Source of the DNA: Rhodospirillales bacterium
GTDB taxonomy: Bacteria > Pseudomonadota > Alphaproteobacteria > Rhodospirillales > UBA2165
Reading direction: 5' to 3'
Length of the DNA stretch: 64,000 nucleotides
NCBI GenBank assembly: GCA_022822205.1
Contig: JAJECC010000062.1
Location: forward strand, 1,831-65,830
Shown: positions 55,901 through 64,000 of the stretch, one piece after another
Layout: every line of letters begins with the position of its first letter
How positions within the stretch are numbered: the first letter of the stretch is position 1
The notes under the pieces: generated by a model
Seen by the model: only the letters and a program-made list of their open reading frames with translations
Told to the model about the DNA's origin: nothing
The model's database searches: none
Position numbers and translations under genes: made by a program

Positions 55901-56161
55901 GACGAATCCGACCGTAAGGTTCGACTAGTGGAGGTGAAATCAATGACCGGCGAGTTCATTGATCGGCCGGTCGGGTTGACAAAAACTCAATTTAAATGCG
56001 CCCAAATGTACGGTGAATCGTTTTGGCTGTATGTCGTCGAACGGGCAAACGACGACAAGCCTCGAATAGTCAAGATCCAGGACCCGGCCGGTAAAGCGCG
56101 CACATTCACTTTCGATCAAGGCTGGTCGAATGTCGCAAAAGTGGACTCCGAGCCGAACTAG
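52976..56161 (+). CDS. 1061-aa sacsin/MORC-like GHKL ATPase fused to a DUF3883-like PD-(D/E)xK nuclease domain
   Basis: The ATG is immediately preceded by an in-frame TAG, with AAGAGG 12 nt upstream. N-terminal motifs are FIFELLQNAEDA and DIGTFGIGFKSVY. The C-terminal region reads GYDLF-x12-LVEVKS...FWLYVVE. Base composition is visibly AT-richer than the flanks. Confidence 0.75.
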   Translation: MTSNYHEIHSENERRYGTDIGRIGPMLLTNRYDDRTHFIFELLQNAEDALARRNGWDGEKSISFLLSDGNLKISHYGEPFSEPDVRGICGIDESTKELTDIGTFGIGFKSVYAFTDRPEVHSGEEDFAIENFVWPVSASSVRRKTDETIIILPLKKDDEDAAEEITIALKLLGARTLLFLRHLQEISWRVRQGPSGLYMRTEPEKLDDGIRKLTLIGQEEDEDDTEESWLVFSREAKDSNGALAGHVELAFLTSTDEETGTTKLVPVGESRLIAYFPTMVETHMGFLMQGPYRTTPSRDNIPRRDEWNRHLIAETADLLCEALRWLRDRRWLNVTVLETLPLDQEKFDEAHLFRPMFEATREALLTEPLLPRFKGEYVSGNNAKLARGRDLLDLFTPNQLAELFESEGEVCWLTEEITQDRSPEVRSYLIQELDIQEFTAESIVPRLDEQFLVHQSDEWIQKLYVFLADRPALQKILSSIPLVRLEDESHTVALAHGKPQAFLPSTVKTEFATVRSSVCNSDEALEFLRSLGLTEPNAVDDIVLNVLPRYEADELSLEEGEYASDIGRILAAFKTDSTSQREKLAQALQEVAFVMSVDCGTGEKFLAKPRETYVATERLSALFSGVSGVLIVDSEYECLRGESIRDLLEACGATRYLQPVAMAPDFDWQERREMRIKAGCNDWSYDVETLDYSLRGLDELLGSISSFDQEVRISKAAFLWQSLRDLHERRGGGVFQGTYEWFYYRSRSTSFPAYFIRELNKREWIPLEDRELHRPEVLGFDALDWPKDHFLLDRITFKPAAIDNLAQEAGIEPEVLEFLKRYGLTNIDELKSHLDIEDISPSDKTGDETNSPPPDDDEAGDDETEHDNNNDETHGSHGPVGRGNGTGGGAGTGSPSGTKHSGSTGGKRKPAANSGRDNFISYVAVANADEDPDPDGLTSEKRMALEEKAISFILDDEPELERTSTGNPGYDLFEADESDRKVRLVEVKSMTGEFIDRPVGLTKTQFKCAQMYGESFWLYVVERANDDKPRIVKIQDPAGKARTFTFDQGWSNVAKVDSEPN

Positions 56162-56165
56162 CCTA

Positions 56166-56199
56166 GCGGAGTGTTCGATACGACGAACGAACGCTCCGC
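56166..56199. terminator. Hairpin between the convergent GHKL-nuclease gene and era
   Basis: GCGGAGTGTTCG-ATACGACGAA-CGAACGCTCCGC forms a 12-bp stem with one T/G mismatch. It starts 5 nt after the TAG at 56159..56161 and ends 9 nt before the era stop. There is no clear T tract. Confidence 0.45.
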
Positions 56200-56207
56200 C
56201 TGAGACC

Positions 56208-57122
56208 TCACGCGTTGTAGTCCAGCCCCCAGTCCCGGTAGCGGGCGGGATCGTCGCCCCACTTGTCCCGCACCTTGACGAACAGGAACAGGTGGATGCG
56301 CTGTTCGAGCAGTTCCTGAAGCTCTTCGCGCGCCGCCCGGCCCAGTTGCTTGATGCGGGCGCCCCCCTTGCCGAGCACGATGGCCTTCTGGCTGTCCCGC
56401 TCCACATAGATGGTCTGCTCGATACGCGCCGAGCCGTCTTCCCGCTCCTCCCAGCTGTCGGTTTCCACCGTCGCCGCATAGGGAAGCTCCTGGTGAAGCT
56501 GGAGATAGAGTTTCTCCCGGGTGATCTCCGCGGCCAGCAGCCGCCGGGGCATGTCCGAAATCTGGTCCTCGGGGAACAGCCACGGTCCCGGCGCCATCAA
56601 GCTGGTCAGATGGGCGAGCAAATCCCCGGTTCCGCCGCCCTTCTCCGCCGAAACCATGAAGGTTTCGGAGAACACGCCTTCGGCGTCCAGGACCGCCGCC
56701 ATCTCCAGCAGCGCGGGCTTGGATACCGCGTCGACCTTGTTGATGGCCAGCACGGCCCGGCCGCCGGTCTCTTTCAGCCGGCCGACGATCCGCCGGGTGT
56801 CCGGGTCCGCTTCCCCGCCGCGGAAGCGGGTTGCGTCCGCCAGCAGGCAGATGTGATCGGCCTCCCCGGCGCCGCCCCACGCGGCCGCGACCATCGCCCG
56901 GTCGAGACGCCGCCTGGGCCGGAAGATGCCCGGCGTGTCGATGAAGATTATTTGGGTATCGCCTTCGATGCGGATGCCCAGGACCCGGGTGCGGGTGGTC
57001 TGGACCTTGGGCGAGACGATGGACACCTTGGCGCCGGCGAACCGGTTGAGCAGCGTCGACTTGCCCGCATTGGGCGCGCCGATGAGGGCGACGAACCCGC
57101 AAGCCCGCCCGTCCTCACTCAC
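56208..57122 (-). CDS. era: GTPase Era
   Basis: Has GAPNAGKSTLLN, DTPG, NKVD and a KH domain. The GTG at 57122 overlaps the rnc stop (GTGAGTGA). Confidence 0.92.
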   Translation of the reverse strand: MSEDGRACGFVALIGAPNAGKSTLLNRFAGAKVSIVSPKVQTTRTRVLGIRIEGDTQIIFIDTPGIFRPRRRLDRAMVAAAWGGAGEADHICLLADATRFRGGEADPDTRRIVGRLKETGGRAVLAINKVDAVSKPALLEMAAVLDAEGVFSETFMVSAEKGGGTGDLLAHLTSLMAPGPWLFPEDQISDMPRRLLAAEITREKLYLQLHQELPYAATVETDSWEEREDGSARIEQTIYVERDSQKAIVLGKGGARIKQLGRAAREELQELLEQRIHLFLFVKVRDKWGDDPARYRDWGLDYNA

Positions 57123-57816
57123 CGGAAACCCGCCGGAGCAGCCGCGCCGCCGCTTCCTGTTCCGCGGCGCGTTTCGAAGGTCCCGCGGCCCGGGCCGCCC
57201 CCCGGCCCTCGATTGCCGCCTCGACCGTGAATTCCGGTTCATGGTCGGGGCCCGAGCGGTCCAGGTAGCGGTATTCGGGGAGGCCGAGATCGCGGGCCTG
57301 GGCCCATTCCTGGAGCCGGGTCTTGGCGTCCTTTTCCGGAGACGTCTCGTCGGCGAGAAGCGGTTCCCAGTTGCGGAGGATGAACGACCGGGCGGCCTCC
57401 AGGCCCGCGTCCCGGTAGACCGCCGCGATGACCGCTTCGCACGCATTGGCGAGAATGGCGGCGTTCTCCCGCCCGCCTTTTCGTTCCTCGCCGCCGGTCA
57501 TTTCCAGATATTCGCCGAGGCCGAGGGTCCGGGCGACGCGGGTCAGCGCCTCCTTGCGCACCAGCGCCGTGTGGCGGTAGGCGATTTGGCCCTCGTCCTC
57601 GGCGGGGTGGGCGTCCAGCAGCGTCTCGGCGATCACCAGGCCGAGCACCCGGTCGCCAAGGAATTCGAGGCGTTCATTGGCCGCGCTCCGGCCCCGCTCG
57701 CCGGCCAGGCTCGAATGCACCAGCGCCCGGCGCAGCAAACCGGGATCGGCGAAATTATGGCCGAGCGCCGCCGCCAGATCGTCGAGACCGGCCCGGCTGC
57801 GCGCATCCCCGGTCAT
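57115..57816 (-). CDS. rnc: Ribonuclease III
   Basis: Has the RNase III signature NERLEFLGD and a C-terminal dsRBD. Confidence 0.93.
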   Translation of the reverse strand: MTGDARSRAGLDDLAAALGHNFADPGLLRRALVHSSLAGERGRSAANERLEFLGDRVLGLVIAETLLDAHPAEDEGQIAYRHTALVRKEALTRVARTLGLGEYLEMTGGEERKGGRENAAILANACEAVIAAVYRDAGLEAARSFILRNWEPLLADETSPEKDAKTRLQEWAQARDLGLPEYRYLDRSGPDHEPEFTVEAAIEGRGAARAAGPSKRAAEQEAAARLLRRVSGE

Positions 57817-57820
57817 CGGT

Positions 57821-58564
57821 TCAGACGATATCCTGGAAGAACCGGTGGAAGCGGATCACCCACGGCCAGCGCCAGACGTGCCAGAAGGGCGAGGAGCCGT
57901 CGGTGGAGAAGAACAGAATTTCCGCCCGGCCGACCAGGTTCTTGCGCGGCACGTAGCCGACGGCGCCGATCACCCGGCTGTCCTCGGAGTTGTCCCGGTT
58001 GTCGCCCATCATGAAATAGTGGCCGGGCGGCACCGTATAGACGTCCGTATTGTCGTAGGGCTCGTTGTCGCTCAACTCGTAGATGGAGTGCCGGCGGCCG
58101 CCGGGCAGGGTCTCCGTATAATGGGTCACCCGGTGCGGCCGGCCAAACCCGTCGACGGCGAGTTCCACCCCGGCCAGCTCCCGCCTCACCGGCGCGTCGT
58201 TGATATGCAGAATGCCGCGGCGCACCTGGATCTTGTCGCCCGGCAGGCCGACGACCCGCTTGATGTAATCGGTCTTGTTGTCGGTGGGGAGCTTGAACAC
58301 CGCCACATCGCCCCGCTCGGGCTCGGTGAACAGGACCCGGCCCGGAATGATCGGCAGGCCGAGGGGCAGCGAGTAGCGGCTGTAGCCGTAGGAGTATTTG
58401 GAGACGAACAAATAGTCGCCGACCAGCAGGGTCGGCTTCATGGAGCCGGACGGGATATTGAACGGCTCGAAGGCGACCGTGCGCACCACAAGCGCTATCA
58501 AGACCGCGTATATCATGGTCTTGGCCCAATCCCAGAGGCCGGAGGATTTGGAGTCGCGGGACAA
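57821..58564 (-). CDS. lepB: Signal peptidase I
   Basis: Has the catalytic Ser context IPSGSMKPTL, plus GDNRDNS.DSR. The TTG at 58564 has AAGGA upstream. The maximal ORF runs to 58729. Confidence 0.88.
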   Translation of the reverse strand: MSRDSKSSGLWDWAKTMIYAVLIALVVRTVAFEPFNIPSGSMKPTLLVGDYLFVSKYSYGYSRYSLPLGLPIIPGRVLFTEPERGDVAVFKLPTDNKTDYIKRVVGLPGDKIQVRRGILHINDAPVRRELAGVELAVDGFGRPHRVTHYTETLPGGRRHSIYELSDNEPYDNTDVYTVPPGHYFMMGDNRDNSEDSRVIGAVGYVPRKNLVGRAEILFFSTDGSSPFWHVWRWPWVIRFHRFFQDIV

Positions 58565-58881
58565 GTTGTCCGATAAGTCCTTAATTCCAGAAGATGTTGC
58601 GCGCGTTGGCCGGCGAGACCGGCGCCGGCCGCAATCGCGGGGGATCAAGCCAGCGGTTCGCTTTGCTGTCAAGCCGCATCGGCCTGCGGCCGGTGATACA
58701 CGTGGATGGCCGGGTCCGGGCCCGGCCATGACGCTATCGTTTTATGCCTCACCCCCCTCACCCGGCTCCTTCACCGCGATCGCGAATTGGCGCTCGCCGG
58801 GCGCGCCGGGTTGGGTTACCCTGGGGGCACAGGCTGCCTCGATGTCATCGGCATCTATTGCGGAATGCGGGAGACAATTCC

Positions 58882-59316
58882 ATGAATCGTATCGTCGGCG
58901 TTTTCCTTGTCGCCATGGCCGTGATCGTGGCGGCGCACACGGTGGTGGAGCCGCTTTATCATGTCTCGGCCGACGGCCAGCCGTACTCCCCGCTCTGGAC
59001 GGTCCTCAATCCGCTGACGGCTCTGGCCGTCCTCCTGGGCGTGATGGCCGCCTGGCGGTGCAAGCGGGCCGTGGACAAGGAGGGCGAGGATGCGCCGGTT
59101 TCCCGGGCCTTCCTCATCGCCAACACGCTGTTCTTCGGGCTCCTGTTCCTCGGCATCCTGTTCTTCTGGAACTGGTTCAACCTGCTGAGCCCCGGCTTTA
59201 CGGCCATCCCCCCGGAAACCGTCACGCTGGTCTGGATCGTCATCGATGCCGCCTTGCCGCTGTTGTGGGGGGCGACGGGGGTGGCCTTGCTCCGCGGGCG
59301 GGCCACCGCGGCCTGA
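58882..59316 (+). CDS. Hypothetical membrane protein (about 4 TM helices)
   Basis: Reads MNRIVGVFLVAMAVIVAA.... Its stop overlaps the thiolase start (TGATG). Confidence 0.55.
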   Translation: MNRIVGVFLVAMAVIVAAHTVVEPLYHVSADGQPYSPLWTVLNPLTALAVLLGVMAAWRCKRAVDKEGEDAPVSRAFLIANTLFFGLLFLGILFFWNWFNLLSPGFTAIPPETVTLVWIVIDAALPLLWGATGVALLRGRATAA

Positions 59317-60512
59317 TGCAGCCCGCCATGACCGCGCCGAATCCCATCGTCATCGCGTCCGCCGCCCGCACGCCCATGGGCGGACTGCTGGGCGAGCTTG
59401 CTCCCCTGCCCGCCCCGAAGCTCGGCGCCGCGGCCATCCAAGCCGCCCTCGAGCGCGGCAGGATGAAACCGGTGGACGTGGACGAAGTGATCGTCGGCAA
59501 TGTGCTGCAGGCGGGCCAGGGCCAGGCGCCGGCCCGCCAGGCGAGCCTCGGCGCCGGCATCCCCGACAGCGTCGGCTGCACCACCATCAACAAGATGTGC
59601 GGATCGGGCATGAAGGCGGCCATGTTCGGACATGACCTGATCGCCGCCGGGTCGGCGGACGTGGTGGTCGCCGGCGGGATGGAGAGCATGACCAATGCGC
59701 CCCACCTGATGCTCGGCGTCCGCGCCGGCACCAAGATGGGCCCGGCCCGGATGCAGGACCACATGTTCCTGGACGGGCTGGAGGATGCCTACGAGCCGGG
59801 CCGGCTGATGGGCGCCTACGCCGAGGAAACCGCCAAGCACTACCAGTTCACCCGGGAGGCGCAGGACGAATTCGCCATCACGTCGCTCGAGCGGGCCCTC
59901 GCCGCGACGGACGCGGCGGCCGATGAGATCACCCCGGTGACGGTCAAGACGCGCAAATCGGAAGAGACGATCCGGACCGACGAGCAGCCCCGCAATGCGC
60001 GGCCCGACAAGATCCCGACGCTCAGGCCCGCCTTCGCCGAAGACGGCTCGGTGACCGCGGCCAATTCGTCGTCGATCTCGGACGGCGCCGCGGCGTTGGT
60101 ATTGATGCGCGAGCGCGAGGCGGAGACGCGGGGCCTGACGCCCCTCGCCCGCATTCTCGGACATGCCACCTACGCCGCTGAGCCGGCCTGGTTCACCACC
60201 GCGCCCATCGGCGCCATCAACCGGCTGCTGGACAAGCTCGGCTGGACCAGGGAGGACGTCGATCTCTGGGAAATCAACGAGGCGTTCGCCGTGGTGACCA
60301 TGGCGGCGATGCGCGATCTCGATCTCGACCATGAAACGGTCAACGTCCGGGGCGGCGCGTGCGCCCTCGGCCATCCCGTCGGGGCGTCCGGCGCGCGCAT
60401 CATCGTCACGCTGTTGTCCGCCATGGCCGAGCGGGACCTCAAGACCGGGGTCGCCTCGCTCTGCATCGGCGGCGGCGAGGCTACCGCCATGGCCTTCGAG
60501 CGGCTGCACTGA
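59316..60512 (+). CDS. Acetyl-CoA C-acetyltransferase (thiolase II)
   Basis: Has the active-site Cys context NKMCGSGMKA, plus NEAFA and GGACALGHP.GASGARI. Confidence 0.92.
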   Translation: MQPAMTAPNPIVIASAARTPMGGLLGELAPLPAPKLGAAAIQAALERGRMKPVDVDEVIVGNVLQAGQGQAPARQASLGAGIPDSVGCTTINKMCGSGMKAAMFGHDLIAAGSADVVVAGGMESMTNAPHLMLGVRAGTKMGPARMQDHMFLDGLEDAYEPGRLMGAYAEETAKHYQFTREAQDEFAITSLERALAATDAAADEITPVTVKTRKSEETIRTDEQPRNARPDKIPTLRPAFAEDGSVTAANSSSISDGAAALVLMREREAETRGLTPLARILGHATYAAEPAWFTTAPIGAINRLLDKLGWTREDVDLWEINEAFAVVTMAAMRDLDLDHETVNVRGGACALGHPVGASGARIIVTLLSAMAERDLKTGVASLCIGGGEATAMAFERLH

Positions 60513-60580
60513 CCCAAGGGAAGACCGGCGCCTGTTGACCCCTCCCCGGCCTGGTCCTAGCATTCCAATAGGTCATTGGA

Positions 60581-61348
60581 GTGAATGACATGACACGGAC
60601 GTTGTCCGAACTCGCCGACGAAGCCGAGGAAGCGGCGATCGAGGAGCTCGAAAACAAGATCTTCCTGCGCCAGAACCTCTACGCCCTGGGCCAGGGCGAA
60701 CACGGGCCATACCGGCGGGGCGGCGGGCAATTGAAACCCGGCAAGACGATCTTCATGGGCGACGATCCGCGCCTCCCGGCGATGCCCGACAGGCCCGGCC
60801 TGCTCGACTTCGTCCGCTGCCGGTTCGCCATCGGCGGTCAGCAGCACCTGCTGCAGAGCGCCCGGCTGGCCCGCGGGAACGGCGTCTCCGGCAAGATGAT
60901 CCTGGCGTGCCTGCTCCATGATCTGGCGGTCTCCAGTTTCGTCCGCTCGGACCACGGCTATTGGGGCGCGGCGATGATCGAGCCCTATGTGGACGAGGAA
61001 GTCGCCTGGGCGATCCGCTATCACCAGTGCGTCCGGTTCTTCGCCGATCCCGAGAACGGCTACGAGTATCCCGAGCTCTACATCAAATTCTTCGGCGAAG
61101 GCTACGAGCCCGAGGACTACATCAAGCGGGATTACGAATACGCCCGGAACCACAAGTGGTACGGCTCGGCCCTGGAGATCTGCAAGAACGATCACTACGC
61201 CTTCGACCACGGCATGGTCCTGGAGTGGGATGAGTTCGAGGACGTGCTGGCCGATCACTTCCACGCGCCCGAGGAAGGCCTCGGCAACGACAACACGCCG
61301 GCGTCGCACATCTGGCGGACCCTGCGGCGGCCGAGCAACGGGCTATAG
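60581..61348 (+). CDS. HD-domain-like metalloprotein, function unknown
   Basis: The H89...H113-D114...H125...H148 spacing (QQHLL, LLHDL, DHGYWG, RYHQ) suggests an HD fold. The family was not confirmed. Confidence 0.5.
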   Translation: MNDMTRTLSELADEAEEAAIEELENKIFLRQNLYALGQGEHGPYRRGGGQLKPGKTIFMGDDPRLPAMPDRPGLLDFVRCRFAIGGQQHLLQSARLARGNGVSGKMILACLLHDLAVSSFVRSDHGYWGAAMIEPYVDEEVAWAIRYHQCVRFFADPENGYEYPELYIKFFGEGYEPEDYIKRDYEYARNHKWYGSALEICKNDHYAFDHGMVLEWDEFEDVLADHFHAPEEGLGNDNTPASHIWRTLRRPSNGL

Positions 61349-61374
61349 GCTTGGCGAACCGAATGCCCGGCGCG

Positions 61375-62118
61375 TCACTGTCTGAGTATCTGGCTGAGAA
61401 ATAGTTTGGCCCGGTCCGACCGGGGCGCATCGAAGAACGGACCGGGTTTGTTTTCCTCGATGATCTGGCCTTCGTCCATGAACATGACCCGGTCGGCGAC
61501 CTCGCGGGCAAACCCCATCTCGTGGGTGACGACCAGCATGGTCATGCCTTCCCGCGCCAGATCGATCATCACGTCGAGCACCTCCTTGACCATCTCCGGA
61601 TCGAGGGCCGAGGTCACTTCGTCGAACAGCATGATCCTCGGTTTCATGCAGAGGGACCTTGCGATGGCGACCCGCTGCTGCTGACCGCCGGAGAGCTGGC
61701 CCGGAAACTTGTCGGCCTGGTCGGCGATCTTGACCCGCTCGAGATAGGTCATGGCGACTTCCTCGGCATCGGCCTTCGGCATTCTCCGAACCAGATGCTG
61801 GCCGATGACCAGGTTTTCGAGCACCGATATATGGGGAAACAGGTTAAATGACTGGAATACCATGCCGACTTCGGAGCGGATCGAATCGATGTTCTTGAGA
61901 TCATCGGTAAGCTCGATGCCGTCGACGATAATTTTTCCCTTTTGATGTTCTTCCAGTCTGTTGATACAGCGGATCAGGGTCGATTTTCCGGATCCCGACG
62001 GCCCGCAAATGACGATCTTCTCGCCTCGCGACACATCCAGGTCGATATCCCGCAGCACGTGAAAATCACCGAACCACTTGTTTACTTTATCAAAGATAAT
62101 TACGGGTTCGTCCGGCAT
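61375..62118 (-). CDS. Polar amino acid ABC transporter ATP-binding protein (AapP/GlnQ-like)
   Basis: Has [22 protein letters not shown] and MLFDE. Confidence 0.9.
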   Translation of the reverse strand: MPDEPVIIFDKVNKWFGDFHVLRDIDLDVSRGEKIVICGPSGSGKSTLIRCINRLEEHQKGKIIVDGIELTDDLKNIDSIRSEVGMVFQSFNLFPHISVLENLVIGQHLVRRMPKADAEEVAMTYLERVKIADQADKFPGQLSGGQQQRVAIARSLCMKPRIMLFDEVTSALDPEMVKEVLDVMIDLAREGMTMLVVTHEMGFAREVADRVMFMDEGQIIEENKPGPFFDAPRSDRAKLFLSQILRQ

Positions 62119-62136
62119 CGCTGTTCCAAACGGTTC

Positions 62137-63246
62137 CTATTGCGCAACGTTGCTGCGGTTTTCCAGCCGCAGCGAATATTTCGACATGCCGTAGGTAAAG
62201 GTAAAGTAGATAATCGCCGCAAAGACATAGGCCGAGCTGAATATATGCGGCGGGCCGAGCCATTTCGGGTCTTCCAGGGACAGCTGGATAATGCCCAGGA
62301 AATCGCTGAACCCGATCAACAGCACGATCGTCGTCTCCTTGAAGATACTGATGCAGGTATTGACCAGCGCCGGCACCGAATTGCGGATCGCCTGGGGCAG
62401 AATGATGTAACCCATCATTTTCCAGTAGGAGAGCCCGATGGCCTTCGAGGCCTCGAATTGTCCCGATGGTATGGATTGCAGGCCGCCGCGGAATACCTCG
62501 GCCATGTAGGCGGAGTTGAATGCCGCGAAAGCGATGAACGCGCGCACGACGATGTCGATCTTGTTGCCGTCGGGAATGAATATGGGCAGCAGGGCGACGA
62601 ACATGACAATGACCGCGATGTGCGGAACGCCCCGCCAGAACTCGATGAAATAGGTGCAGACCTTGCTGATGACCTTGAGGTCCGAGGTCCTGCCGAGGGC
62701 CAGGATGAGGCCCAACGGAATGGAGCCGAATATTCCGACGGTGGCGATCACCAGGGTCAACAGCAAGCCGCCGAAATTTTCGGGCGAGATATGCTTCAGA
62801 TCGAACACCCCGCCGACGAGAAAAATATACGCGGCAACCGGGAAGCCGATGAACATGGTCAGGCGCAGTTTCCTGGTGATCGGGCCGAAGGAGAATACGA
62901 AGGCGATGATGGTCAGGGCTCCCAAAAGATAGAAAACATTGACCCGCCAATAGAGTTCCTTCGGATAAAGCCCGTAGACGAACAAACGCCAGCGCTCGGT
63001 GATGAATGCCCAGCACGCGCCATCGATGTTCGGGCAGGATTTGGCCGAATCCCCGACCCAGTTGGCGTTGATTATCCCCCAATTGATGACAAAGCCGCCT
63101 ACCTGATAGATCACCCACAAGAGCGCCAGGGTGACCAACGTGTTGAACCAGCTGGAGAAAAAACTGGCTCTGAGCCATCCGATGAAACCGGAGGATTGCA
63201 GGGGCGGCGATTGCGGTTCGATGAAAGGTCTGAGAGCGGGTTCCAT
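62137..63246 (-). CDS. Amino acid ABC transporter permease (AapM-like)
   Basis: A polytopic protein with the EAA-loop-like EASKAIGLSYW, adjacent to the ATPase. Confidence 0.85.
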   Translation of the reverse strand: MEPALRPFIEPQSPPLQSSGFIGWLRASFFSSWFNTLVTLALLWVIYQVGGFVINWGIINANWVGDSAKSCPNIDGACWAFITERWRLFVYGLYPKELYWRVNVFYLLGALTIIAFVFSFGPITRKLRLTMFIGFPVAAYIFLVGGVFDLKHISPENFGGLLLTLVIATVGIFGSIPLGLILALGRTSDLKVISKVCTYFIEFWRGVPHIAVIVMFVALLPIFIPDGNKIDIVVRAFIAFAAFNSAYMAEVFRGGLQSIPSGQFEASKAIGLSYWKMMGYIILPQAIRNSVPALVNTCISIFKETTIVLLIGFSDFLGIIQLSLEDPKWLGPPHIFSSAYVFAAIIYFTFTYGMSKYSLRLENRSNVAQ

Positions 63247-63253
63247 GGTCTCT

Positions 63254-64000
63254 CTACCTTTCCGGAATGCGGGTGGCGCGGTTATAGACCGCCATGACCG
63301 CGGCGATGAACAAACTGACCCCGAGATAGCCGAACAGGGTAATGGCCTGAAGTTCGAGAACCTGTCCGGTCTGGGCGGCGATGGAGCCGCTGAGCGCCCA
63401 GAAGAAATCGGGATACCCGACAGCCGCCGCGAGCGCCGTCGATTTCGTGAGATTCAGATACTGGTTGGTCAGCGGCGGAATGATCAGACGCATCGCCTGG
63501 GGAACGATTATCTGCGAATAGATCTGCATTTGGGTCAGGCCGATGGAATTGGCGGCTTCCCGCTGTCCTTTGTGAACGGACAATATTCCCGCCCGGATAA
63601 TTTCGCCGATGAAGGCGCCGTTGTACAAAGTGAGGCCAATCAGCATCGCGGTGAATTCGGGCTGAAGGGCGACGCCGCCTTCAAAATTAAAACGGCCGAA
63701 TTTCGGAATTTCCCAGGAGACGGGAAAGTCCTGAATCCACGCCGCGACGAACGGAATGACAATGACAATGCCCAAACCGACGATGACGGACGGAAAGGGT
63801 TCACCCGTTCTGACCTGCCGGTTCTTCGCCCATCGCCAAATTCCGAACGCCAGAACGAATGAAATGACGATGGCCCAGATTACCGCCGATGCGCCGGCCT
63901 CGAACACCGGCGACGGAACGACGAATCCTTCGATATTCAGAAAGGCGGCATCGAAAAGATTGATCGACTCCCGCTTCCCCGGCAGCAGCTTCAGCGCGGC
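63254..64000 (-). CDS. Amino acid ABC transporter permease (AapQ-like), 5' end outside window
   Basis: The frame stays open to the window edge; the track's M at 63907 is a GTG inside the frame. Has the EAA loop EAANSIGLTQMQ. Confidence 0.8.
   Translation of the reverse strand, partial: AALKLLPGKRESINLFDAAFLNIEGFVVPSPVFEAGASAVIWAIVISFVLAFGIWRWAKNRQVRTGEPFPSVIVGLGIVIVIPFVAAWIQDFPVSWEIPKFGRFNFEGGVALQPEFTAMLIGLTLYNGAFIGEIIRAGILSVHKGQREAANSIGLTQMQIYSQIIVPQAMRLIIPPLTNQYLNLTKSTALAAAVGYPDFFWALSGSIAAQTGQVLELQAITLFGYLGVSLFIAAVMAVYNRATRIPER

Larger units (their letters stand above)
51212..56207. other. Mosaic accessory insertion between era and recO (no mobility genes detected)
   Basis: It separates genes that are normally adjacent. 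It contains TA genes, repeats, a gene fragment and an AT-richer 3.2 kb gene. Confidence 0.7.

Noticed and set aside
58440-59315. Long N-terminal extensions of ORFs 58440..60512, 33985..35802 and 45384..47447
   Set aside because: The upstream parts overlap well-supported genes out of frame (lepB and the membrane protein, livH, and dctQ respectively). The real products start at internal ATG/GTG codons coupled to the upstream stop codons.

Overview
This is a high-GC, gene-dense chromosomal window with alphaproteobacterial hallmarks. These include the dusB(nifR3)-ntrBC-ntrYX-trkA...hfq-hflX block, a fused ispDF, MucR/Ros, ihfA-MerR, rpmF-plsX-fabH, and glyA-nrdR-ribD-ribE-ribBA-ribH-nusB-thiL. 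About 95% of it is ordinary housekeeping and transport: Liv-type, TRAP and Aap-type transporters, metY-hemB-acylase-metB, parC, lepB-rnc-era and recO. There is one tRNA-Pro(GGG). I saw no rRNA, CRISPR array, IS element or integrase. The clear accessory region is a ~5 kb mosaic insertion (51212..56207) that splits the normally contiguous era-recO pair. It carries four phased 10-bp repeats, a pair of ~80-bp imperfect direct repeats, a RelE-type toxin with an HTH antitoxin, an orphan Phd antitoxin and a truncated LuxR-type HTH fragment. It also carries an AT-richer 3.2 kb gene for a 1061-aa protein. That protein joins a sacsin/MORC-like GHKL ATPase head to a DUF3883-like PD-(D/E)xK nuclease tail, and it is my best candidate for an undescribed single-gene defence/conflict system. 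There are two gene-integrity oddities elsewhere. The H+-pyrophosphatase gene has an in-frame TAG. hflX has no canonical start codon and lies in frame directly behind the hfq stop. Many long ORFs in the track are antisense shadows typical of high-GC DNA and were not called. All calls rest on reading the translations and sequence by eye; no database search was run.
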